A stretch of 64,000 bases of DNA from an uncultured delta proteobacterium (lineage in GTDB: Bacteria; Desulfobacterota; Binatia; UBA9968): NCBI GenBank assembly GCA_963816145.1, contig CAWFJP010000004.1, forward strand, positions 256,001 through 320,000, read 5' to 3'. This document shows, piece after piece, positions 42,131-53,239 of this stretch. Below the pieces are notes generated by a model. It saw nothing but the letters and a program-made list of their open reading frames with translations, searched no databases and was not told the DNA's origin. The first letter of the stretch is position 1, and every line of letters starts with the position of its first letter. Both the position numbers and the translations under genes were made by a program.

Positions 42131-42601
42131 ATGCCGCGTAAAGGTGAAGTAAGAAAACGAGAGATTTTGCCGGACCCAAAATACGGCGATAAGGTCGTGG
42201 CGAAGTTTGTCAATACGATCATGAATCAGGGCAAGAAGAGCGTGGCGGAATCGATCCTCTATCATAGCCTCGATATCATTACAGCCAAGACCAAAGAAGA
42301 TTCTTTGGGAATCTTCAAGCGTGCCATCGAGAACACCCGGCCCACCGTCGAGGTTCGGTCCCGGCGCGTCGGGGGTGCTACCTATCAGGTGCCCGTTGAA
42401 GTGCGGCCGCAGCGGCGTCTGTCCCTCAGTATGCGCTGGTTAATTGACGCGGCCCGGGAGCGCGCCGAAAAGTCTATGGAAGAAAAATTGGCGGCGGAAT
42501 TGATCGATGCCGCCAACAATCGCGGCACAGCGATTAAGAAAAAAGAAGACACGCATCGTATGGCGGAGGCCAACCGGGCCTTTGCTCACTATCGTTGGTA
42601 A
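42131..42601 (+). CDS. rpsG: 30S ribosomal protein S7
   Basis: [11 protein letters not shown] and AFAHYRW motifs. Confidence 0.99.
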   Translation: MPRKGEVRKREILPDPKYGDKVVAKFVNTIMNQGKKSVAESILYHSLDIITAKTKEDSLGIFKRAIENTRPTVEVRSRRVGGATYQVPVEVRPQRRLSLSMRWLIDAARERAEKSMEEKLAAELIDAANNRGTAIKKKEDTHRMAEANRAFAHYRW

Positions 42602-42624
42602 GTAACATTTAAATTTGAGTTCGT

Positions 42625-42656
42625 AAAAGGAGGCGGTTTGACCGCCTCCTTTTTTT
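42625..42656 (+). terminator. Intrinsic terminator-like hairpin between rpsG and fusA
   Basis: AAAAGGAGGCGGT-TTG-ACCGCCTCC followed by T7. Confidence 0.7.
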
Positions 42657-42670
42657 CCGGCGTAAAGAAA

Positions 42671-44767
42671 ATGGCTAGAACCGTCTCATTAGAGAAGACC
42701 CGCAATATCGGCATCATGGCCCACATCGATGCCGGTAAGACCACGACCACGGAGCGGATCCTCTACTACACCGGGATCAACTATAAGATCGGTGAAGTGC
42801 ATGAGGGTACCGCAACCATGGACTGGATGGTCCAGGAGCAAGAGCGCGGGATCACGATCACTTCGGCGGCGACCACCTGTTTCTGGCGCGACCATCGAGT
42901 CAATATCATCGATACTCCGGGCCATGTGGATTTCACCATCGAAGTCGAGCGCTCGCTGCGCGTTCTTGACGGCGCGGTGGCAGTATTCTGCTCGGTCGGC
43001 GGCGTCGAACCGCAGACAGAGACGGTTTGGCGTCAGGCCGATAAATATGGTGTTCCTCGTCTCGCCTTCATCAACAAGATGGATCGTCTCGGCGCCGACT
43101 TCTTCCGGGTCGTCAAAATGATCGAGACCCGCCTGGGCGCCCGTCCGGCGGTCATGCAATTGCCGATCGGCGCCGAAGACAAGTTCACTGGTATCGTTGA
43201 CTTGATCACCATGAAGGCAGTGGTCTGGGAAGATGAGAGCTTGGGCGCCAAGTTTCATGAAGAAGAAATCCCGGCAGATCTAAAAGTTCAAGCCGATGAG
43301 TATCGGGAAAAATTGCTGGAAGCTGCCGCCGACGCTGACGAAGCGTTGATGGAAAAGTATCTCGACGGCAAGCCCATTAGCGAAGCTGAGTTACGGGCCG
43401 CGATTCGCAAGGCCACACTCGCTCTCAAGATTGTTCCAATAGTCTGTGGTACGGCTTTCCGCAACAAGGGTGTTCAGCCGATGCTTGATGCGGTCGTGGA
43501 CTTTCTACCGTCACCTGTCGATATTCCGCCGGTTAAGGGGGTCGTAGCCGGCACCGACAAGCCGGATGAGCGGCCGGCTAGGGACGATGTGCCGTTCTCG
43601 GCGTTAGCTTTCAAGATCATGACCGACCCGTTCGTCGGAACCTTGACGTTTTTCCGGGTCTATTCTGGTTCCATCAGTTCCGGCGCGAGTATTTATAACT
43701 CGACCAAAACTAAACGTGAACGGGTCGGTCGTTTGCTCAAGATGCACGCCAACAAGCGGGAAGAAATCAAAGACGTTTATGCCGGTGATATTGCGGCCGC
43801 CGTGGGTCTAAGAACCGCGACCACCGGCGACACTTTATGCGATGAAGATAAGCCCATTGTTCTTGAGTCTATCGATTTCCCGGAACCCGTCATATCGATC
43901 GCAATCGAACCTAAGAGTAAAGCCGATCAGGAAAAGCTCGGACTATCGTTGCAGAAGTTGGCCACCGAAGATCCTTCCTTTCGTGTGCGTACGGATGAAG
44001 AAACCGGGCAGACGATTATTTCCGGCATGGGCGAGTTGCACCTAGAGATTATCGTCGATCGTTTGCTCCGCGAATTTAGTGTCGGTGCCAGTGTCGGTAA
44101 GCCCCAGGTCGCCTATCGCGAGACGGTGCGAAAAGTTGTCGAGCAGCAGGGCCGTTTTGTGCGGCAGACCGGCGGTCGTGGTCAGTACGGCGATGTTTGG
44201 ATAAAACTCGAACCTCAGGAACCAGGTGGCGGTTTCGAATTTGTCGACGCCATCAAGGGCGGATCGATTCCGCGCGAATATATCCCGGCGGTTGAGAAGG
44301 GCATTCGCGAAGCGCTCGATAATGGGGTGCTAGCCGGCTATCCCGTGGTCGATGTTAAGGTGACTTTGTTCGATGGCAGCTATCACGACGTCGACTCATC
44401 GGAAATCGCCTTCAAAATCGCCGGTTCGATGGCATTCAAACAGGCGGCGCGTAAGGCCAGCCCGGTGTTGCTCGAACCGATTATGTCGGTGGAAGTCGTC
44501 GTGCCGGAAGATTTCATGGGCGATGTGATTGGCGACCTGAGCTCGCGGCGCGGCAAGGTGCTTGGCATGGACACGCGGCCGGCGGCCCAAGCGATCGATG
44601 CTCGGGTGCCATTGGCCCAGATGTTCGGTTACGCTACGGACGTGCGTTCGATGACTCAAGGGCGGGCGACCTATACAATGCAGTTTTCCCATTATGAACC
44701 TGTTCCAGCGGCGGTTGCTGAAGGTATTATCGCCAAATTTGATGGCAAGTCGGATGATGAAGTATGA
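42671..44767 (+). CDS. fusA: Elongation factor G
   Basis: [20 protein letters not shown] and GMGELHL motifs. Confidence 0.99.
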   Translation: MARTVSLEKTRNIGIMAHIDAGKTTTTERILYYTGINYKIGEVHEGTATMDWMVQEQERGITITSAATTCFWRDHRVNIIDTPGHVDFTIEVERSLRVLDGAVAVFCSVGGVEPQTETVWRQADKYGVPRLAFINKMDRLGADFFRVVKMIETRLGARPAVMQLPIGAEDKFTGIVDLITMKAVVWEDESLGAKFHEEEIPADLKVQADEYREKLLEAAADADEALMEKYLDGKPISEAELRAAIRKATLALKIVPIVCGTAFRNKGVQPMLDAVVDFLPSPVDIPPVKGVVAGTDKPDERPARDDVPFSALAFKIMTDPFVGTLTFFRVYSGSISSGASIYNSTKTKRERVGRLLKMHANKREEIKDVYAGDIAAAVGLRTATTGDTLCDEDKPIVLESIDFPEPVISIAIEPKSKADQEKLGLSLQKLATEDPSFRVRTDEETGQTIISGMGELHLEIIVDRLLREFSVGASVGKPQVAYRETVRKVVEQQGRFVRQTGGRGQYGDVWIKLEPQEPGGGFEFVDAIKGGSIPREYIPAVEKGIREALDNGVLAGYPVVDVKVTLFDGSYHDVDSSEIAFKIAGSMAFKQAARKASPVLLEPIMSVEVVVPEDFMGDVIGDLSSRRGKVLGMDTRPAAQAIDARVPLAQMFGYATDVRSMTQGRATYTMQFSHYEPVPAAVAEGIIAKFDGKSDDEV

Positions 44768-45072
44768 ACGAGAAAATTAGGATTCGGCTGAAAGCCTATG
44801 ACCACCGCGTTTTGGATCAGTCGGTGGGCGAGATCGTCGAGACCGTACGGCGCACCGGCGGCCGGGTTGCGGGACCTATTCCGTTGCCCACCCGCATTGA
44901 GCGATTCACGGTCAACCGTTCGCCCCATGTCGACAAAAAGTCGCGCGATCAATATGAAATTCGCACGCATAAGCGTTTGCTCGATATTCTCGAACCGACC
45001 CAGCAGACGATTGACGCTCTGGGCAAGCTCGATATCGCCGCGGGTGTGGATGTGGAGATAAAGCTCCAGTAA
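44764..45072 (+). CDS. rpsJ: 30S ribosomal protein S10
   Basis: IRIRLKAYD and GPIPLPT motifs; ATGA overlap with fusA. Confidence 0.98.
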   Translation: MNEKIRIRLKAYDHRVLDQSVGEIVETVRRTGGRVAGPIPLPTRIERFTVNRSPHVDKKSRDQYEIRTHKRLLDILEPTQQTIDALGKLDIAAGVDVEIKLQ

Positions 45073-45121
45073 CCAAAGGATAAAAGAGTCGGACTAACCA
45101 AGCGCCGATGGGAATGAGATC

Positions 45122-45754
45122 ATGACTGGGCTAATTGGCAGAAAAATTGGAATGACGCAGTGCTACAGCGCTGAAGGCAACGTAGTTCCCGTCACTGTTG
45201 TGGAGACCGGGCCCTGTGTGGTCGTCCAGAAGAAAGAACCGGCGAACGACGGCTACAGCGCGTTGCAAGTTGGCTTCGGCAGCAAGAAGGCCCAACGGGT
45301 CAACAAAGCCGAACAAGGCCATATGGGCAAGGCCGGCAAGGGTGCTTTCGAGGTGCTGCGCGAGTTCCGCCTCGACGACGTCTCTTCCTATGAAGTCGGA
45401 CAGGAAATCAAAGCGACCGATCTGTTCAAGGTCGGTGATTTAATCGACGTTGCGGGTATTTCTAAGGGGCATGGTTTTACCGGTGTCATTAAGCGCTGGT
45501 CCTTTGCGGGTTTTCCAGGTGCCCATGGTACTCACGAATATTTCCGCCATGGCGGTTCCATCGGTAACCGTTCTTATCCGGGCCGTGTGCGGAAAGGCAA
45601 AAAGATGGCTGGCCATTGGGGTAACGAGCGGATCGCCACGCAGAACCTCTTGGTCGTCGAAATCCGCGCCGAGGAAAATCTGATGTTTGTTCGCGGCGCG
45701 GTGCCGGGGGCTAAGCAGGGTGTAGTAATCTTGCGTCCGGCTGCAAAAAGGTAA
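45122..45754 (+). CDS. rplC: 50S ribosomal protein L3
   Basis: GRKIGMTQ, GSIG and GKKMAG motifs. Confidence 0.98.
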   Translation: MTGLIGRKIGMTQCYSAEGNVVPVTVVETGPCVVVQKKEPANDGYSALQVGFGSKKAQRVNKAEQGHMGKAGKGAFEVLREFRLDDVSSYEVGQEIKATDLFKVGDLIDVAGISKGHGFTGVIKRWSFAGFPGAHGTHEYFRHGGSIGNRSYPGRVRKGKKMAGHWGNERIATQNLLVVEIRAEENLMFVRGAVPGAKQGVVILRPAAKR

Positions 45755-45759
45755 TTGAA

Positions 45760-46356
45760 ATGGAAGTCCACGTGATCCAACCCACGCTCAACGAAGCGAT
45801 TTTCGGCGCCAAGACCCGGCCGCATTTATTGCACCAGACGGTGGTCATGCAATTGGCTAACCGCCGTGCCGGTACGGCGGCAACCAAAACCAAGGGGTTT
45901 GTCAGCGGCGGCGGTAAAAAGCCCTGGCGGCAAAAGGGCACCGGCCGGGCCCGTTCCGGTAGCATTCGTTCGCCTATTTGGGTCGGTGGCGGTACCGCAT
46001 TCGGCCCTACACCACGCGATTATTCTTATCGAATGCCGCGATCGGCGCGGCGCGAAGCGCTGTTGTCGGCGCTCAGTCTCAAGAATCGCGAAGGCAAACT
46101 GATTGTAGTCGATAAATTCGAGCTCGAAGCAGCCAAGACCAAAATCATGGTACAAGCGTTGGCCGAGCTGAAGGTCGCCAGCGCGGTGATCGTCGTCGCT
46201 CACGCAGACGAGAAGATCGAACGCTCCGCGCGCAATTTACCTAAGATCAAAGTGCTGCGGGTCGAGGGTTTGAATGTTTACGATATAATGCGTTATGAGC
46301 ACCTGATTTTGACCGACGGAGCGCTCAAGCTTTTAGAAGAAAGGTTGGCAGCATGA
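45760..46356 (+). CDS. rplD: 50S ribosomal protein L4
   Basis: KPWRQKGTGRARSGS motif. Confidence 0.97.
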   Translation: MEVHVIQPTLNEAIFGAKTRPHLLHQTVVMQLANRRAGTAATKTKGFVSGGGKKPWRQKGTGRARSGSIRSPIWVGGGTAFGPTPRDYSYRMPRSARREALLSALSLKNREGKLIVVDKFELEAAKTKIMVQALAELKVASAVIVVAHADEKIERSARNLPKIKVLRVEGLNVYDIMRYEHLILTDGALKLLEERLAA

Positions 46357-46643
46357 AAGCGCCACATGAAGTGATCAAAGCGCCGTTGATCTCCGAAAAG
46401 GGCACGGCACTGACGGAAAGCGCGAATCAGGTATTGTTCAAAGTTCGGCCCAACGCCAACAAGATCGAGGTCAAGCAGGCGGTGGAGCAAATGTTCAAGG
46501 TCAAAGTTGAGCAAGTGCGCATGGCACGTTATCTCGGCAAGGTGCGCCGTATCGGCCGCAGCATGGGACGCCGTCCCGATTGGAAAAAGGCATACGTCAC
46601 GCTCAAGGAAGGCGACAAAATTGATTTTTTTGGCGCCGCCTAA
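46353..46643 (+). CDS. rplW: 50S ribosomal protein L23
   Basis: ISEK, ANKIEVK and WKKAYVTL motifs. Confidence 0.97.
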   Translation: MKAPHEVIKAPLISEKGTALTESANQVLFKVRPNANKIEVKQAVEQMFKVKVEQVRMARYLGKVRRIGRSMGRRPDWKKAYVTLKEGDKIDFFGAA

Positions 46644-46675
46644 AGTGACTTCAATAGTGATTCGAGAGTAAGAAA

Positions 46676-47503
46676 ATGGCGATTAGAACTTACCGGCCAA
46701 CTTCCGCGGGCATGCGTTTTCGCACCGGCCACACCTTCGACGAGGTGACCAAGGCACGGCCGGAAAAAACCCTGCTGGAACCCAACAATCATAGCGGTGG
46801 GCGCAACAACACTGGCCGGATAACGGCGTTTCATCGTGGCGGTGGCCATAAGCGGCGTTATCGTTTGATCGATTTCAAACGCAACAAGCTCAGAATTCCA
46901 GCCAGGGTCGAGGCCATCGAATACGATCCCAATCGATCCGCCCGTATTGCCCTATTATGTTACGCGGACGGCGTACGGCGCTATATCCTGGCGCCGGAAA
47001 AGCTCCAATTAGGCGCCACGGTTATTGCTGGCGATGACAATATCGACATTCAGCCGGGTAATTCCATGCCTCTTAAGTTCATTCCGGTGGGTACGATTCT
47101 CCACAATATTGAACTTAAGATCGGCAAAGGCGGCCAGCTCGTGCGAAGCGCCGGCTTGGGCGCGCAGTTGATGGCCAAAGAAGGTACCTATGCGCTACTC
47201 AAGCTGCCTTCCGGAGAGTTGCGCTACGTGTTAGCAGAGTGCCGCGCGACGGTCGGGCAAGTAGGTAATGCCGAACAGGAAAATGTTTCCTGGGGCAAGG
47301 CGGGTCGCATGCGCTGGTTGGGTTTTTTACCCGGGAGCCGCGGGATCGCGAAAAATCCTGTCGATCATCCCCATGGCGGCGGTGAAGGCCGATCCAAGGG
47401 GAATCATCCGATGACGCCTTGGGGCAAGCCGACCAAGGGCTATAAAACGCGAAAAAATCAGTCGACCGATAAATATATTGTGCAACGGAGAAAAGGTAGG
47501 TAG
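46676..47503 (+). CDS. rplB: 50S ribosomal protein L2
   Basis: IEYDPNRSA and DHPHGGGEG motifs. Confidence 0.98.
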   Translation: MAIRTYRPTSAGMRFRTGHTFDEVTKARPEKTLLEPNNHSGGRNNTGRITAFHRGGGHKRRYRLIDFKRNKLRIPARVEAIEYDPNRSARIALLCYADGVRRYILAPEKLQLGATVIAGDDNIDIQPGNSMPLKFIPVGTILHNIELKIGKGGQLVRSAGLGAQLMAKEGTYALLKLPSGELRYVLAECRATVGQVGNAEQENVSWGKAGRMRWLGFLPGSRGIAKNPVDHPHGGGEGRSKGNHPMTPWGKPTKGYKTRKNQSTDKYIVQRRKGR

Positions 47504-47505
47504 CG

Positions 47506-47826
47506 ATGGCCCGTTCGGTTAAAAAAGGACCTTTTATCGACGAGCATTTGCAGAAAAAGGTCACGGCGATGGCGGAGACTCGCGGTCGCCAGGTGATCCG
47601 CACTTGGTCGCGCCGCTCGACGGTGACGCCGGAGATGGTGGGCCTGACCATCGGCGTGCACAACGGCCGGAAATTCATTCCGGTGTTTGTCAGCGAAAAT
47701 ATGGTCGGCCACAAACTCGGCGAGTTCTCCCCGACGCGGACGTTTTACGCGCATTCTGGGGACCGCAAGAGCGAGGCTAAAGAGTCTGGCGGCGGCGCGC
47801 CGCGGCCAGCACCGACAAAGAGCTAA
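47506..47826 (+). CDS. rpsS: 30S ribosomal protein S19
   Basis: RSVKKGPF and GHKLGEF motifs. Confidence 0.98.
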   Translation: MARSVKKGPFIDEHLQKKVTAMAETRGRQVIRTWSRRSTVTPEMVGLTIGVHNGRKFIPVFVSENMVGHKLGEFSPTRTFYAHSGDRKSEAKESGGGAPRPAPTKS

Positions 47827-47863
47827 GTCATGCGAAAACCGATTAGGAATGATTGACCAAGTC

Positions 47864-48208
47864 ATGGAAACACGCGCGATCACAAAATTTATCCGGGTCT
47901 CACCGCGAAAAGTGCGTTTGGTGGTGGACCAAATTCGCGGCAAGGGTGTCGAGGAAGCGCTCAATATTCTCAAGTTTATTCCCAAGCGCTCGGCGGGCAT
48001 AGTCGCCAAGACTGTGCGCACGGCAGTGGCTAATGCGGAGAATACCCAGAGCGTTGACGTCGACCGATTATTCGTCAAGCAGGCTAAAGTTGATGAGGCC
48101 GGTATGTGGAAACGTTTTACTTCCCGCGCTCAAGGCCGCGCGACGCGAGTGCGCAAACGGTTGAGCCATGTGACAATCGTCCTCGATGAATCCGAGGAGA
48201 GGAGTTAA
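47864..48208 (+). CDS. rplV: 50S ribosomal protein L22
   Basis: [10 protein letters not shown] and RAQGRA motifs; start chosen by homology. Confidence 0.97.
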   Translation: METRAITKFIRVSPRKVRLVVDQIRGKGVEEALNILKFIPKRSAGIVAKTVRTAVANAENTQSVDVDRLFVKQAKVDEAGMWKRFTSRAQGRATRVRKRLSHVTIVLDESEERS

Positions 48209-48215
48209 CTTTAAG

Positions 48216-48878
48216 ATGGGTCAAAAAACGCATCCAAAACTGTTTCGCCTCGGTGTCATCGAGACCTGGGATTCCAAATGGTTTGCGCGCCATGACTACC
48301 CCAAGCTCTTGCACGAAGATTTTCGGATCAAGAAATTTCTTAAGACCCGGCTCTACCATGCGGGTATCTCGCGCATTGAAATTGAACGGGCGGCGAATAA
48401 GGCTAAAATCAACATCCATACGGCGCGACCCGGTATCGTGATCGGCAAGAAGGGCGCGGAGATCGAAAAGCTCAAGGAAGAAATCACCAAGCTCACCCAT
48501 CGTGAAACCTATATCAACATTCACGAAGTGCGGCGGCCGGATTTAGACGCGCAATTGACTTCGGAAAATGTCGCTTTGCAGCTCGAGCGTCGCGTCGCCT
48601 TCCGCCGCGCCATGAAGGAAAGTGTTTCGCGCGCATTACGCATGGGCGCCCAAGGTGTCAGGATTCAATGTGCCGGCCGCCTTGGCGGCTCTGAAATTGC
48701 CCGCACGGAGTGGTACCGAGAAGGTCGTGTGCCGCTGCATACATTACGCGCCGACGTGAATTATGGCACTGCCGAAGCGCATACGACCTACGGCATTATC
48801 GGGGTCAAGGTTTGGATCTTCCGTGGCGAGGTTTTGACCGCAGAAGAAGAACAGCAGAAAGCGATGATGGGCGGTTGA
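48216..48878 (+). CDS. rpsC: 30S ribosomal protein S3
   Basis: MGQKTHP and [10 protein letters not shown] motifs. Confidence 0.98.
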   Translation: MGQKTHPKLFRLGVIETWDSKWFARHDYPKLLHEDFRIKKFLKTRLYHAGISRIEIERAANKAKINIHTARPGIVIGKKGAEIEKLKEEITKLTHRETYINIHEVRRPDLDAQLTSENVALQLERRVAFRRAMKESVSRALRMGAQGVRIQCAGRLGGSEIARTEWYREGRVPLHTLRADVNYGTAEAHTTYGIIGVKVWIFRGEVLTAEEEQQKAMMGG

Positions 48879-48925
48879 TCGATTGGATCTATACGTAGAA
48901 TATCTTTTTCAATATCACCAAGAAA

Positions 48926-49351
48926 ATGCTTGAACCGAAAAAAGTAAAGTTTCGCAAAGTGCAAAAGGGCCGCCGTCGCGGCACGGCACACCGAGGCTCC
49001 ACGCTCGCCTTCGGCGATTATGGGCTGAAAGCGCTGGGGCGGGGATGGATGAGTGCGCGAGAGATCGAGGCTGCTCGGGTTGCCTTGACTCGGTATTTGA
49101 AACGCGGTGGGAAAGTGTGGATTCGCATTTTCCCAGACAAACCGTTGACCAAAAAGCCCTTGGAAACTCGCATGGGCAAAGGCAAAGGCGCCACCGAGAA
49201 ATGGGTCGCGGTGGTCCAGCCGGGACGGATTTTGTTCGAGATGGAAGGTGTCGAAGCCGTGCTTGCCAAGGAAGCCTTTCGTTTGGCGGCGCATAAACTA
49301 TCGATCCCGACCATGATGGTGGAACGCAGAGGATTAGTTCATGGAAGCTAG
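48926..49351 (+). CDS. rplP: 50S ribosomal protein L16
   Basis: RIFPDKP and RMGKGKG motifs. Confidence 0.98.
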   Translation: MLEPKKVKFRKVQKGRRRGTAHRGSTLAFGDYGLKALGRGWMSAREIEAARVALTRYLKRGGKVWIRIFPDKPLTKKPLETRMGKGKGATEKWVAVVQPGRILFEMEGVEAVLAKEAFRLAAHKLSIPTMMVERRGLVHGS

Positions 49352-49544
49352 AGAACTGCGCGGCATGAGCACCGCTGATTTGACCGACAAGCTTGCAACC
49401 CTGCGCGAAGAAATCGGCCACCTGGCGCTGAAGCGAGCGACCAGCCGGTTGGATAATCCCGTGAAGCTGAAAGAGACCAAGCGAGAGCTCGCCCGGGTCG
49501 CAACCATTTTGCGCGAAAAAGCGCTGCAGAGTCAGGAAGGCTGA
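49341..49544 (+). CDS. rpmC: 50S ribosomal protein L29
   Basis: ELR and [10 protein letters not shown] motifs; conserved position. Confidence 0.95.
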   Translation: MEARELRGMSTADLTDKLATLREEIGHLALKRATSRLDNPVKLKETKRELARVATILREKALQSQEG

Positions 49545-49546
49545 GC

Positions 49547-49828
49547 ATGGAAGGCAGAGGATTACAGAAACAGCGTAGCGGCGTGGTCGTGAGCGACAAG
49601 ATGGCCAAAACCGTGGTGGTGTCGATTGAGCGGACGGTGATGCACCCCCGATACAAAAAGATTTTGCGCCGACGCTCGAAGGTGAAGGCGCACGACGAAA
49701 CCAATCAGTGCCGAGTCGGCGACCGCGTATTGCTGGTCGAATGCCGGCCCCTCAGTCGTGACAAGCGATGGCGCGTCAGCAAGGTTTTGGAAAAGACCAA
49801 GTCGGGTGCCGAAGTGACCGTCGGGTAG
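49547..49828 (+). CDS. rpsQ: 30S ribosomal protein S17
   Basis: GVVVSDKM and ECRPLSRDKRW motifs. Confidence 0.97.
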   Translation: MEGRGLQKQRSGVVVSDKMAKTVVVSIERTVMHPRYKKILRRRSKVKAHDETNQCRVGDRVLLVECRPLSRDKRWRVSKVLEKTKSGAEVTVG

Positions 49829-49862
49829 TCTTCGCGCGAGGAAAGTGAGTCCAGACTGATTT

Positions 49863-50231
49863 ATGATTCAGACCAATTCAAACTTGGATGTCGCGGATAA
49901 TTCGGGCGCACGGCGAGTTCAATGCATCAAAGTTTTGGGCGGTAGCAAGCGCCGGTACGCTTCCGTCGGCGATATTATTGTCGTCGCGGTTAAAGAAGCG
50001 ATTCCCAACGGCAAAGTGAAAAAGGGCGACGTCGTCAAGGCCGTGGTGGTACGGACGGCCAAGGAACTCGGGCGGCCCGATGGAACCTACATCCGCTTTG
50101 ACAATAACTCAGCGGTGTTGATCGACAATCAAAAAGAGCCGGTGGGAACGCGTATCTTCGGACCGGTGGCGCGTGAACTTCGCGCCAAGAAATTCATGAA
50201 GATCATTTCTCTGGCGCCTGAAGTGCTTTAG
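49863..50231 (+). CDS. rplN: 50S ribosomal protein L14
   Basis: VADNSGA and GTRIFGPV motifs. Confidence 0.99.
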   Translation: MIQTNSNLDVADNSGARRVQCIKVLGGSKRRYASVGDIIVVAVKEAIPNGKVKKGDVVKAVVVRTAKELGRPDGTYIRFDNNSAVLIDNQKEPVGTRIFGPVARELRAKKFMKIISLAPEVL

Positions 50232-50256
50232 CTGGAGTATTGAGGAGAAATCGCTC

Positions 50257-50568
50257 GTGGAGATTCGTAAAAACGACAGCGTGATGGTGATTGCCGGCAA
50301 GGAACGGGGCAAGACCGGCAAAGTCCTGCGCGTGCTGCCCGAGAAGAACGCGGTCATCATTGAGAGGATCAGCATCGTCAAACGGCACACCAAGCCGCGC
50401 GGGCCGCAGCAGACCGGCGGGATCATCGAAAAAGAAGCCGCCATCAATGCTTCCAATGTCATGATGATGTGCGATAAATGCAACGCGCCGGTTCGTATTG
50501 GCCACAAGGATCTCACCGACGGCAAAAAAATTCGCATCTGCCGCCGTTGCAACGAGGCGCTGGAATAG
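50257..50568 (+). CDS. rplX: 50S ribosomal protein L24
   Basis: KOW motif VIAGKERGKTGKV; CxxC...CxxC. Confidence 0.97.
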   Translation: MEIRKNDSVMVIAGKERGKTGKVLRVLPEKNAVIIERISIVKRHTKPRGPQQTGGIIEKEAAINASNVMMMCDKCNAPVRIGHKDLTDGKKIRICRRCNEALE

Positions 50569-50600
50569 TTTGCTAGACCAGTGGGACAATTGAAGTGACC

Positions 50601-51140
50601 ATGGCAAGATTAAAAACCAAATACAAAGATGATGTCGTGCCGGCGATGATCAAGGAGTTCGGTTACAAAAACCCCATGCAGGTACCCAAGCTCAATAAGA
50701 TCACGATCAATGTCGGCTTGGGCGAGGCGACGCAAAATGCCAAGGCGATCGATAGTGCGGTGGTTGATATCACGGCAATCACCGGGCAAAAGCCGGTGGT
50801 AACCAAGTCGAGAAAGGCCATCGCCAACTTCAAGCTGCGCGAAAACATTCCGATCGGCTGCATGGTCACCCTGCGGCGCGATCGCATGTATGAATTTCTC
50901 GACCGCTTGATCCACACCGCGTTGCCCCGGGTGCGCGATTTCAAAGGCGTGTCGGACAAATCCTTCGACGGCCGTGGCAATTATTCTTTGGGCCTGCGTG
51001 AACAGATTATTTTTCCAGAGATTCAAGCCGACAAAGTCGACAAAACCAGGGGTATGACGATCACGATAGCGACCTCGGCGACTACCGATCAGGAAGGCCG
51101 GACTTTGCTTCGGCTCATGGGTATGCCGTTCGCGAGTTAG
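50601..51140 (+). CDS. rplE: 50S ribosomal protein L5
   Basis: ITGQKP, PRVRDF and FDGRGNY motifs. Confidence 0.98.
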   Translation: MARLKTKYKDDVVPAMIKEFGYKNPMQVPKLNKITINVGLGEATQNAKAIDSAVVDITAITGQKPVVTKSRKAIANFKLRENIPIGCMVTLRRDRMYEFLDRLIHTALPRVRDFKGVSDKSFDGRGNYSLGLREQIIFPEIQADKVDKTRGMTITIATSATTDQEGRTLLRLMGMPFAS

Positions 51141-51157
51141 TGTAGGGGGAAATTCCA

Positions 51158-51343
51158 TTGGCCAAGACATGTCTGAGAATTAAGGCCGAACGACCAAACA
51201 AGTTTAAAGTTCGGGAATACAACCGCTGTCCGCTGTGCGGGCGTTCGCGGGCATTTTATCGCCGTTTTCGCATGTGCCGGTTATGTCTGCGCGATAACGC
51301 GCGCAAGGGAAATATCCCCGGACTGATCAAGGCCAGTTGGTAG
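51158..51343 (+). CDS. rpsN: 30S ribosomal protein S14, type Z
   Basis: 61 aa; CPLC...CRLC and ASW end; TTG start. Confidence 0.97.
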   Translation: MAKTCLRIKAERPNKFKVREYNRCPLCGRSRAFYRRFRMCRLCLRDNARKGNIPGLIKASW

Positions 51344-51358
51344 AGGCTGGAGTTTATT

Positions 51359-51763
51359 ATGGGAATGACCGATCCGATCGCGGATTTACTAACACGGATT
51401 CGCAACGCGTCACGGGCGCGCCATCAAAAAGTTACCGTGCCCTGGTCGCGTTTAAAAGAAAACATCGTCAAGATTTTGATCGATGAAGGCTATCTCAAGG
51501 ACCAGAAGAAGGTCAAGGCCGCTATCGGCGGCGGTGATGAGATGGTTATTACATTAAAGTTCGACCGCGAAAGCCGGCCGATTATTCTGGGAATGAAGCG
51601 AGTGAGCAAGCCTGGCCGGCGGATCTACGTTGGGTCCCAAGAAGCCGCGCCGATCCGTAAAGGATTGGGCATCCATGTGCTGTCGACGCCCAAGGGGATC
51701 CTGGTCGATCGCGAAGCGCAGCGCGCCAAAGTTGGCGGTGAATTGATCTGTACTGTTTGGTAG
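51359..51763 (+). CDS. rpsH: 30S ribosomal protein S8
   Basis: DPIADLLTRIRN and SKPGRRIY motifs. Confidence 0.98.
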   Translation: MGMTDPIADLLTRIRNASRARHQKVTVPWSRLKENIVKILIDEGYLKDQKKVKAAIGGGDEMVITLKFDRESRPIILGMKRVSKPGRRIYVGSQEAAPIRKGLGIHVLSTPKGILVDREAQRAKVGGELICTVW

Positions 51764-51781
51764 GATGGATAGAGGTGTAAT

Positions 51782-52333
51782 GTGTCACGTATCGGTAAGC
51801 TGCCCATAGCGATCCCCAGTGGCGTGAAGGTCGCAGTTGACGCCAATCGGATTCGTCTCGAAGGGCCGAAGGGCAAGTTGCAAGCCGGGGTTCCTTCCGG
51901 TGTCAGTGTCATAGTTGATGGCAACTTGCTGCGCGTCGAGCGCGCCAACGAAGACCGTAAAGTCCGTGCGCTCCATGGTTTAACGCGCAAGCTGATCGCC
52001 AATATGGCGCAGGGCGTAAGCGTCGGATTTAGCCGTGTGTTAGATATCAACGGCGTCGGTTATCGTGCCGAGGTCAAGGGCCAGGAAATTCACATGACGC
52101 TGGGCTACTCTCATCCCGTGGTGTTTCCGTTGCCTGTGGGCGTAAGCGCGGCGGTCGAGAGGCAAATTATTATCACCCTTTCCAGCGCCGATCGCCAGGT
52201 GTTGGGCGAAACTGCGGCTAAAATCCGCATGCTCAGACCGCCGGAACCCTACAAGGGTAAGGGTATCAAGTATCGTGAAGAGTTTATCAAGCGCAAAGCC
52301 GGCAAAGCCGTCGGTTCGGCGGGTGGAAAGTAA
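51782..52333 (+). CDS. rplF: 50S ribosomal protein L6
   Basis: SRIGK and PEPYKGKG motifs. Confidence 0.98.
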   Translation: MSRIGKLPIAIPSGVKVAVDANRIRLEGPKGKLQAGVPSGVSVIVDGNLLRVERANEDRKVRALHGLTRKLIANMAQGVSVGFSRVLDINGVGYRAEVKGQEIHMTLGYSHPVVFPLPVGVSAAVERQIIITLSSADRQVLGETAAKIRMLRPPEPYKGKGIKYREEFIKRKAGKAVGSAGGK

Positions 52334-52350
52334 TCAACCGAGGAATTGAG

Positions 52351-52716
52351 ATGTCGAGCAAGCGTTTAGACATAGGTCGGCAACGGCGAAAAATTAGAGT
52401 CCGTAAGAAAGTTCGCGGCACGGATATGCGCCCACGAGTTTGCGTATTCCGCAGCAATAAGCATATTTACGCACAGGTCATTTCGGACAGCCAGGGAAGG
52501 ACCTTGGTGACGGTGTCGACACTGTCTGAAGACCTAGCGGAACAGCTTAAAAAATCCAAAGGCATCGATGCCGCCAAGCAGGTGGGTGTGGCTTTGGCCA
52601 AGGTTTGCAAGGATAGGAACATTACCCGCGTCGTTTTCGACCGCAACGGGTTTATCTACCACGGCCGGGTGAAGGCAGTGGCGGATGGCGCTCGCGAAGG
52701 CGGATTAGAATTTTAA
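52351..52716 (+). CDS. rplR: 50S ribosomal protein L18
   Basis: [11 protein letters not shown] and YHGRV motifs. Confidence 0.98.
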   Translation: MSSKRLDIGRQRRKIRVRKKVRGTDMRPRVCVFRSNKHIYAQVISDSQGRTLVTVSTLSEDLAEQLKKSKGIDAAKQVGVALAKVCKDRNITRVVFDRNGFIYHGRVKAVADGAREGGLEF

Positions 52717-52739
52717 CCAGCGTTGAACGAGAGGTTGCT

Positions 52740-53237
52740 TTGGAACGGATTGATCCGCAAGGTTTAGAGTTGAAAGAAAAGGTGGTTCACATCAGCCGGG
52801 TGGCCAAGGTCGTTAAAGGGGGCCGGCGCTTTAGCTTCAGCGCCTTAGTGGTCACCGGTGACAGCCACTCGGTAGTTGGCTACGGTATGGGCAAGGCTAA
52901 GGAAGTGCCTGAAGCGATCCGTAAGGGCCTGGAGCAGGCGAAAAAGAATTTAATCCGGGTGCCGATTATGGATGGGACCATTCCCTTCGAAGTGATCGGA
53001 CATTACGGAGCGGGCCATGTCATTCTCAAGCCCGCCTCGGGCGGAACCGGGGTGATCGCCGGTGGCGGTGTGCGCGCAGTGGTTGAAGCCTCCGGCATCC
53101 AGAATGTCTTGACCAAGTGCCTTGGTTCGAATAATCCCCATAATATGGTCAAAGCGACCTTTGAAGCCCTACGCGATTTGCGTCAGCCGGAAGAAATCGC
53201 GGAACGACGTGGTAAAACCTTGGCGGAGATTCGCTAA
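52740..53237 (+). CDS. rpsE: 30S ribosomal protein S5
   Basis: KVVKGGRRF and GTGVIAGG motifs. Confidence 0.98.
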   Translation: MERIDPQGLELKEKVVHISRVAKVVKGGRRFSFSALVVTGDSHSVVGYGMGKAKEVPEAIRKGLEQAKKNLIRVPIMDGTIPFEVIGHYGAGHVILKPASGGTGVIAGGGVRAVVEASGIQNVLTKCLGSNNPHNMVKATFEALRDLRQPEEIAERRGKTLAEIR

Positions 53238-53239
53238 CT

